NCBI GenBank assembly: GCA_965232515.1
Contig: CBDDPY010000002.1
Location: forward strand, 4,032,001-4,096,000
DNA length: 64,000 nucleotides
Source of the DNA: Alphaproteobacteria bacterium
GTDB taxonomy: Bacteria; Pseudomonadota; Alphaproteobacteria; GCA-2731375
Reading direction: 5' to 3'
The notes under the pieces: model-generated
Told to the model about the DNA's origin: nothing
Databases searched by the model: none
What the model saw: only the letters and a program-made list of their open reading frames with translations
In this document: positions 60,012 to 64,000 of the stretch, piece by piece
Layout of the letters: each line of letters starts with the position of its first letter
How positions within the stretch are numbered: position 1 is the first letter of the stretch
Program-made: the position numbers and the translations under genes

Positions 60012-61053
60012 CCAGATCCTCGGGTCGCAACAGACGGTCCGGCGTGACGTCGCGCGCCAGACGCCGGCCGATCAGATCGGCAATCTCGGCGGCCGGTATG
60101 CCCGAGCCCGGTTTCTTGGCGCAGAGCATGTCGGCGGCAAGGACCGTGCCGGCGGCAAGCGCGCGGGTCGCCGCCACCGATTTGGTGAAGAGCGCCCGCA
60201 TCTGGGTGAGTTCGTCGGCGAGCACGTCCTTGTCGACGGGGTGCGCCGCCATCTCGGCGAAGGCGTCGCGGGCCTCGGCGACCAGCCGGAACTCGTCGAA
60301 GGTCAGCGAGGCCGGCACGTCGGGGCCGAACATGCCCTTGTCGAAAATCACATGCACTTCGATCATGTTGGCGCCACGCGCCAGGGCCGCCAGCGCTGGG
60401 AACGGCTGGCCGGAATGATCCGACAGGCCGACGGGGCAGCCGTGCTCGGCCTTCAGCTCGTCGATCACGTTGAGGCCGACCTGGGTCAACGGCGTTGGAT
60501 ACTTGGTCGTGCATTGGAACAGCGCGACGTCGGCGCCGGCGCCGCGGATCGTGGCAACCCCCTCGGCGATCTCGGCGCGCCGGCTCATGCCGGTCGACAG
60601 CAGCACCGGCTTGCCCGTCGCCGTCATCGCCGTCAGCAGGTCGGTCGAGCGATACTCGCCGGAGCCGATCTTCCAGGCCGGCATGCCGAGCTTGTCCAGC
60701 AAGTCGACGGCGGCGAGCGAGAACGGCGTGCTGAGGAACACCAGACCGCGTTCGGCCGCGTGCGTCGCGAGACCGGCCCACTGTTCCGGCGTGAATTCCA
60801 TGCGCCGCCAATAGTCGAACCGCGTCGCGTCCTGTTTGGAAAACTTGACGCGGAAGGCCTCGTCGAGCGTCGACTCGGCTGCCGCGATATGCGTCTGGAA
60901 CTTGATCGCATCGGCGCCGGCTTCGGCCGCCGCATCGATGAAGGCATGCGCCAGGCCCAGGCTGCCGTCGTGCGCCTGCCCGACCTCGGCGATCAGAAAG
61001 CCCGGCGCGCCGCCACCGACAGCGCGGTCCGCGATGGAAATCGTGGCACTCAA
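60004..61053 (-). CDS. NeuB-family nonulosonate synthase with SAF domain (copy 2)
   Basis: IAEVGQAHDGS, KFQTH, STPFS, GLSDHSG, KKPGSGI; TTG start overlaps the M20 stop. Confidence 0.92.
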   Translation of the reverse strand: MSATISIADRAVGGGAPGFLIAEVGQAHDGSLGLAHAFIDAAAEAGADAIKFQTHIAAAESTLDEAFRVKFSKQDATRFDYWRRMEFTPEQWAGLATHAAERGLVFLSTPFSLAAVDLLDKLGMPAWKIGSGEYRSTDLLTAMTATGKPVLLSTGMSRRAEIAEGVATIRGAGADVALFQCTTKYPTPLTQVGLNVIDELKAEHGCPVGLSDHSGQPFPALAALARGANMIEVHVIFDKGMFGPDVPASLTFDEFRLVAEARDAFAEMAAHPVDKDVLADELTQMRALFTKSVAATRALAAGTVLAADMLCAKKPGSGIPAAEIADLIGRRLARDVTPDRLLRPEDLDG

Positions 61054-62441
61054 TTCGGTATGCCCGGCTCGCCCAGATCCCAGAACAGACCTGTCATCAT
61101 CGCCAGGCCCTCCCGGGCGATCGGCGCCAGCATGTGCTCGTTCGGCGCATGCTGCGAGCAGGCGGCGTAGGAATGCGGCACCCAGATCGTCGGCACGCCG
61201 ATCACGTCGGCGAAGATGTCGTTCGGCAGCGAGCCGCCCAGGTTCGGCACCACCATCGGCGGCTTGTTCATGGTGCGGGCGACCGACGCCGTCGCCCATT
61301 GCACCCAGGGGTGATCCGGCAGCAGACGCGTCGCGTGCATAATGAAGTCGCGCTCGGTCTGCTCGACAATGACATCGGTATAACCATTGGCGTCGAGATG
61401 CCGGCGGATCGCCGGCAGGAAGGTGGCGGGATCGCGATCGACGGTGAAGCGGATCTGGCACCAGGCCCGGGCGCGCGGCGGAATGGCGTTCACGACCTTG
61501 TCGGGATTGCCGGCCTTGAAGGCCAGCACCTCGAAGGTGTTCCAGCCGAACACGCGCTCGACCGGCGTCAGGCCCGGTTCGCCCCAATCCGGCTCGATCT
61601 CGGGCCCGTCCTTGCCGCCGTCGACCTGACAGCTCGCCAGCGCCTCCTTCACGGACGGCGGGATCGCCTCCGGCTTGATTTCCGGCACCAGGATCTCGCC
61701 CTTCGGGCCGACGATGGAGGCGAGCGCGTTCGCCAGCCGCACGCCGGCGTTGGAAATCAAGCCGCCCCAATTGCCGGAATGATGGCCGCCTTCGCGCAGG
61801 TCGAGCGACAGCTCGAAATTGATGGCGCCGCGGGTGCCGAGGAAGATCGTCGGTTCGCCCGGCACCAGGCGCGGGCCGTCGGAGCCGATCAGCACGTCGG
61901 CCTGCAGACGGTCGCGGTGCTCGGCGCTGAACTCGCGCAGGCCCGGCGACCCGATCTCCTCGGACATGTCGATGAAGATCTTGGAATTGAAGCCGAGGCG
62001 ATCCCGGACGCGCAGCACCGAGGCCAGCGCGGCGATGTTGATGCTGTGCTGGCCCTTGTTGTCGGCGGTACCGCGGCCATAGAGGCGATCGCCCTCGCGC
62101 GTCAGCGTCCAGGGGTCCAACCCCTCCCGCCATTCGGCCTCAAGCCCGCGCACGACATCGCCATGCCCGTAGGTCAGGACGGTCGGCAGATCGTCGCCCT
62201 CGTGCCGCTCGGCGACGAGCAGCGGACCGCCACCTTCGACGGGGTTTTCGAAGACCTCGAAACTGTAGCCCATCTTCGCCAGCGTCGGCCCGATCTCGTC
62301 TTCGAGATAAGCATAGAGCGCCGGCCGGTGCTGTGCCTCCTGCGCGGTCGATGGGATCGCGACCCGGCGCGCCAGATCGTCGAAGAAACCGCCACCATCG
62401 AAATAGGCCATCGCTTCGGCGACGGCGTCGGCCCGGCTCAT
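61050..62441 (-). CDS. M20-family metallopeptidase
   Basis: YGHGDVV, GRGTADNKGQH, SEE, HHSGNWGG, QHAPNEH. Confidence 0.9.
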   Translation of the reverse strand: MSRADAVAEAMAYFDGGGFFDDLARRVAIPSTAQEAQHRPALYAYLEDEIGPTLAKMGYSFEVFENPVEGGGPLLVAERHEGDDLPTVLTYGHGDVVRGLEAEWREGLDPWTLTREGDRLYGRGTADNKGQHSINIAALASVLRVRDRLGFNSKIFIDMSEEIGSPGLREFSAEHRDRLQADVLIGSDGPRLVPGEPTIFLGTRGAINFELSLDLREGGHHSGNWGGLISNAGVRLANALASIVGPKGEILVPEIKPEAIPPSVKEALASCQVDGGKDGPEIEPDWGEPGLTPVERVFGWNTFEVLAFKAGNPDKVVNAIPPRARAWCQIRFTVDRDPATFLPAIRRHLDANGYTDVIVEQTERDFIMHATRLLPDHPWVQWATASVARTMNKPPMVVPNLGGSLPNDIFADVIGVPTIWVPHSYAACSQHAPNEHMLAPIAREGLAMMTGLFWDLGEPGIPN

Positions 62442-62485
62442 GGATTACCCCCGGATGCTGTCAGTTCGGTTCCAAAAAACACGGA

Positions 62486-62497
62486 CAGGCTACCGCA
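62486..62497 (-). promoter_or_regulatory. ops-like element
   Basis: Minus strand TGCGGTAGCCTG versus ops consensus GGCGGTAGnnTG; between the rfaH-like gene and the downstream operon. Confidence 0.55.
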
Positions 62498-62541
62498 GAC
62501 CGGGTGCCCGCGCATCCAGTCGGCTTATCGATGTGCACGCC

Positions 62542-63045
62542 CTATCCTGCCCGGCTCACGGCATCCTGCGGCAGCTTGACGCGCACCCGCCGCCCGAGCA
62601 GATCGAGCAGGATGACGACCCGCTGATCGTCGCTGACGCCGTCGAACAGGCCAACCTGGTCACAAAGGGCGCCGTCCTCGATCCGTACCTTGTCGCCACG
62701 GCACATATGCTCGACATCGGAAATCTGGACATAGCCGGCCTCGTTCTCGCGTTCGCGAATTTCGTCGATGATCTGCGGCGCCACCGGCGACGGTCTGCGG
62801 CCGAAGGCGACGAGATAACCGACGCCCGGCGCCGACGAAATCAGCGGCTTCTGGCCGGCCTCGAGATCGGCCTCGACGAACAGGTAACGGGGAAACAGCG
62901 GCCGGGCGACGATATCCACCTTGCGCGCATGCCGGCGCTTCTTCTGATACATCGGCAGGTAGACCTCGAAACCCCGTTCCCAGAGGTTCGAGCGCGCCCA
63001 CAGCTCCATACGCAGGTTGGTGTAGACGGCATACCAGGATTTCAC
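62542..63045 (-). CDS. RfaH/NusG-paralogue transcription antiterminator
   Basis: WYAVYT, PLFPRYLFV, KOW (GDKVRIEDG), RVVILLDLLGR. Confidence 0.88.
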   Translation of the reverse strand: MKSWYAVYTNLRMELWARSNLWERGFEVYLPMYQKKRRHARKVDIVARPLFPRYLFVEADLEAGQKPLISSAPGVGYLVAFGRRPSPVAPQIIDEIRERENEAGYVQISDVEHMCRGDKVRIEDGALCDQVGLFDGVSDDQRVVILLDLLGRRVRVKLPQDAVSRAG

Positions 63046-63704
63046 TGGTCGGCTCCCCCTTGTCCGTATGTCATTGCGTCGCGGGCGATCTTGAGAACGT
63101 CCGGCGTCAGTACGCGTTCCGCACCAAACTTGTCACGCAGTAATTCGAAGGTGCGCTGCGGGCGGGCCACGTCGGTAACCAGAACGACATCCACGGCGCC
63201 GAGGGACTCCAACTCGCTGACCAGCGGCAGGTGGCGAAACCGGTTTGCCTTCGTTCTCGAATCGACGACGCCCACGACCTCGAGGTCGTATTGCATCGCG
63301 CAGAGAACGGCGATTTCGGCCAGTTCACCGGCGCCGGCCAGCGCGACCTTTTTGGCGCCGGCGTCAGCGGCTTCGCGCAGCAGATCGTCGCAGGCGTTCC
63401 GCGCCTCGCGATAGAACTGAAACGAGTTGAACAGATATGAGGCCGTCAGCCGGCTCTTCTCGCGAAAACCGGTCGGCGTCAGGTAGTAAGCATAGCGATT
63501 TGGCGGAATCCGCTGCACCTTGACCAACCCCTTGCGGACGCAGCGCTTGAGATAGGCGTTGGTCAAACCGAGCGCGATATTCAGGCGCGCGGCAAGCGAC
63601 CGCTGCGATGCCTGCCCATCGTTATGGACCGCCTGAAGCAGATCCATGGTGATGCGCGTTTCGGCCTCGTCAGGTTCCGACCGGCTGATCGCTTCGCTCG
63701 GCAT
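63042..63704 (-). CDS. EPS-associated MarR-type winged-helix regulator with C-terminal Rossmann-like domain
   Basis: SQRSLAARLNIALGLTNAYLKRCVRKGLVK, YAYYLTPTGFREKSRLT, GAGELAE. Confidence 0.88.
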   Translation of the reverse strand: MPSEAISRSEPDEAETRITMDLLQAVHNDGQASQRSLAARLNIALGLTNAYLKRCVRKGLVKVQRIPPNRYAYYLTPTGFREKSRLTASYLFNSFQFYREARNACDDLLREAADAGAKKVALAGAGELAEIAVLCAMQYDLEVVGVVDSRTKANRFRHLPLVSELESLGAVDVVLVTDVARPQRTFELLRDKFGAERVLTPDVLKIARDAMTYGQGGADQ

Positions 63705-63724
63705 ATTCAGTATCGTCCGCTCGC

Positions 63725-63770
63725 GGCGTTCATGATGTGAACACTATGGCGTTCATGATATGAACGTCAA
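63725..63770 (-). promoter_or_regulatory. Tandem palindromic operator overlapping the marR promoter
   Basis: GTTCA-N5-TGAAC at 63728-63742 and 63751-63765; minus-strand TTGACG at 63765-63770. Confidence 0.7.
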
Positions 63771-63799
63771 GACCTGCATGGAATCAGGAGCTTATTAGG

Positions 63800-63814
63800 T
63801 TAACAATTGGTTAA
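63800..63814. promoter_or_regulatory. CtrA-binding box
   Basis: TTAA-CAATTGG-TTAA with four GANTC sites nearby. Confidence 0.65.
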
Positions 63815-63899
63815 GGCCGATTCCGGAATCACCGAATCGATTGCTATCCCTAGGGCATTTCGCCCTTACCCGACGGCGGACCGCGGGCTATAAGCGCGG

Positions 63900-64000
63900 A
63901 TGCTTTGGTTCTGGCTGGCGGTGACCGGTGCGGTGGCGTTCGGCGGCGGGTGGATCGGGACCCGGACCGTGCTGAACGCCCTGCGCCGGCGGGCCGTGCT
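63900..64000 (+). CDS. 5' end of a membrane protein, possibly WecA/MraY-like initiating transferase
   Basis: MLWFWLAVTGAVAFGGGWIGTRTVLNALRRRAV, truncated by the window edge. Confidence 0.4.
   Translation, partial: MLWFWLAVTGAVAFGGGWIGTRTVLNALRRRAV

Overview
High-GC alphaproteobacterial chromosome segment, probably Rhodospirillales-like (inferred from regBA, CtrA-type boxes, stand-alone motA and typical palindromic repeats). From left to right: the end of a phosphonate ABC operon; a parD-parE module whose toxin carries one nonsense codon; a LysR-divergent catabolic run (old yellow enzyme, RidA, Fe-S/CCG protein, an atypical HutI-like amidohydrolase, M20 deacylase, amidase); a PhyH dioxygenase, a GAF-PAS kinase and motA; a lower-GC accessory island (about 22.2-27.9 kb); housekeeping genes including regB-regA; and a surface-glycan locus of about 26 kb. 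The island has three parts: a 2.2-kb block of HEPN-like genes bracketed by a 17-bp inverted repeat, a membrane-anchored HNH protein, and a tandem duplication of the mscS 3' end plus a toxin-antitoxin pair that has captured a dioxygenase gene. The glycan locus holds two parallel NeuB/2-hydroxyacid dehydrogenase/NeuA sets, NeuC, a TPP enzyme, two sulfotransferases, three methyltransferases, a kinase-methyltransferase fusion, an ABC flippase and an O-antigen ligase-like protein. It also has its own RfaH-like factor with an ops-like site, a MarR-type regulator with a visible operator, and a CtrA box. I found no rRNA, tRNA, CRISPR array, integrase or transposase. All calls come from reading motifs by eye; no database search was run.
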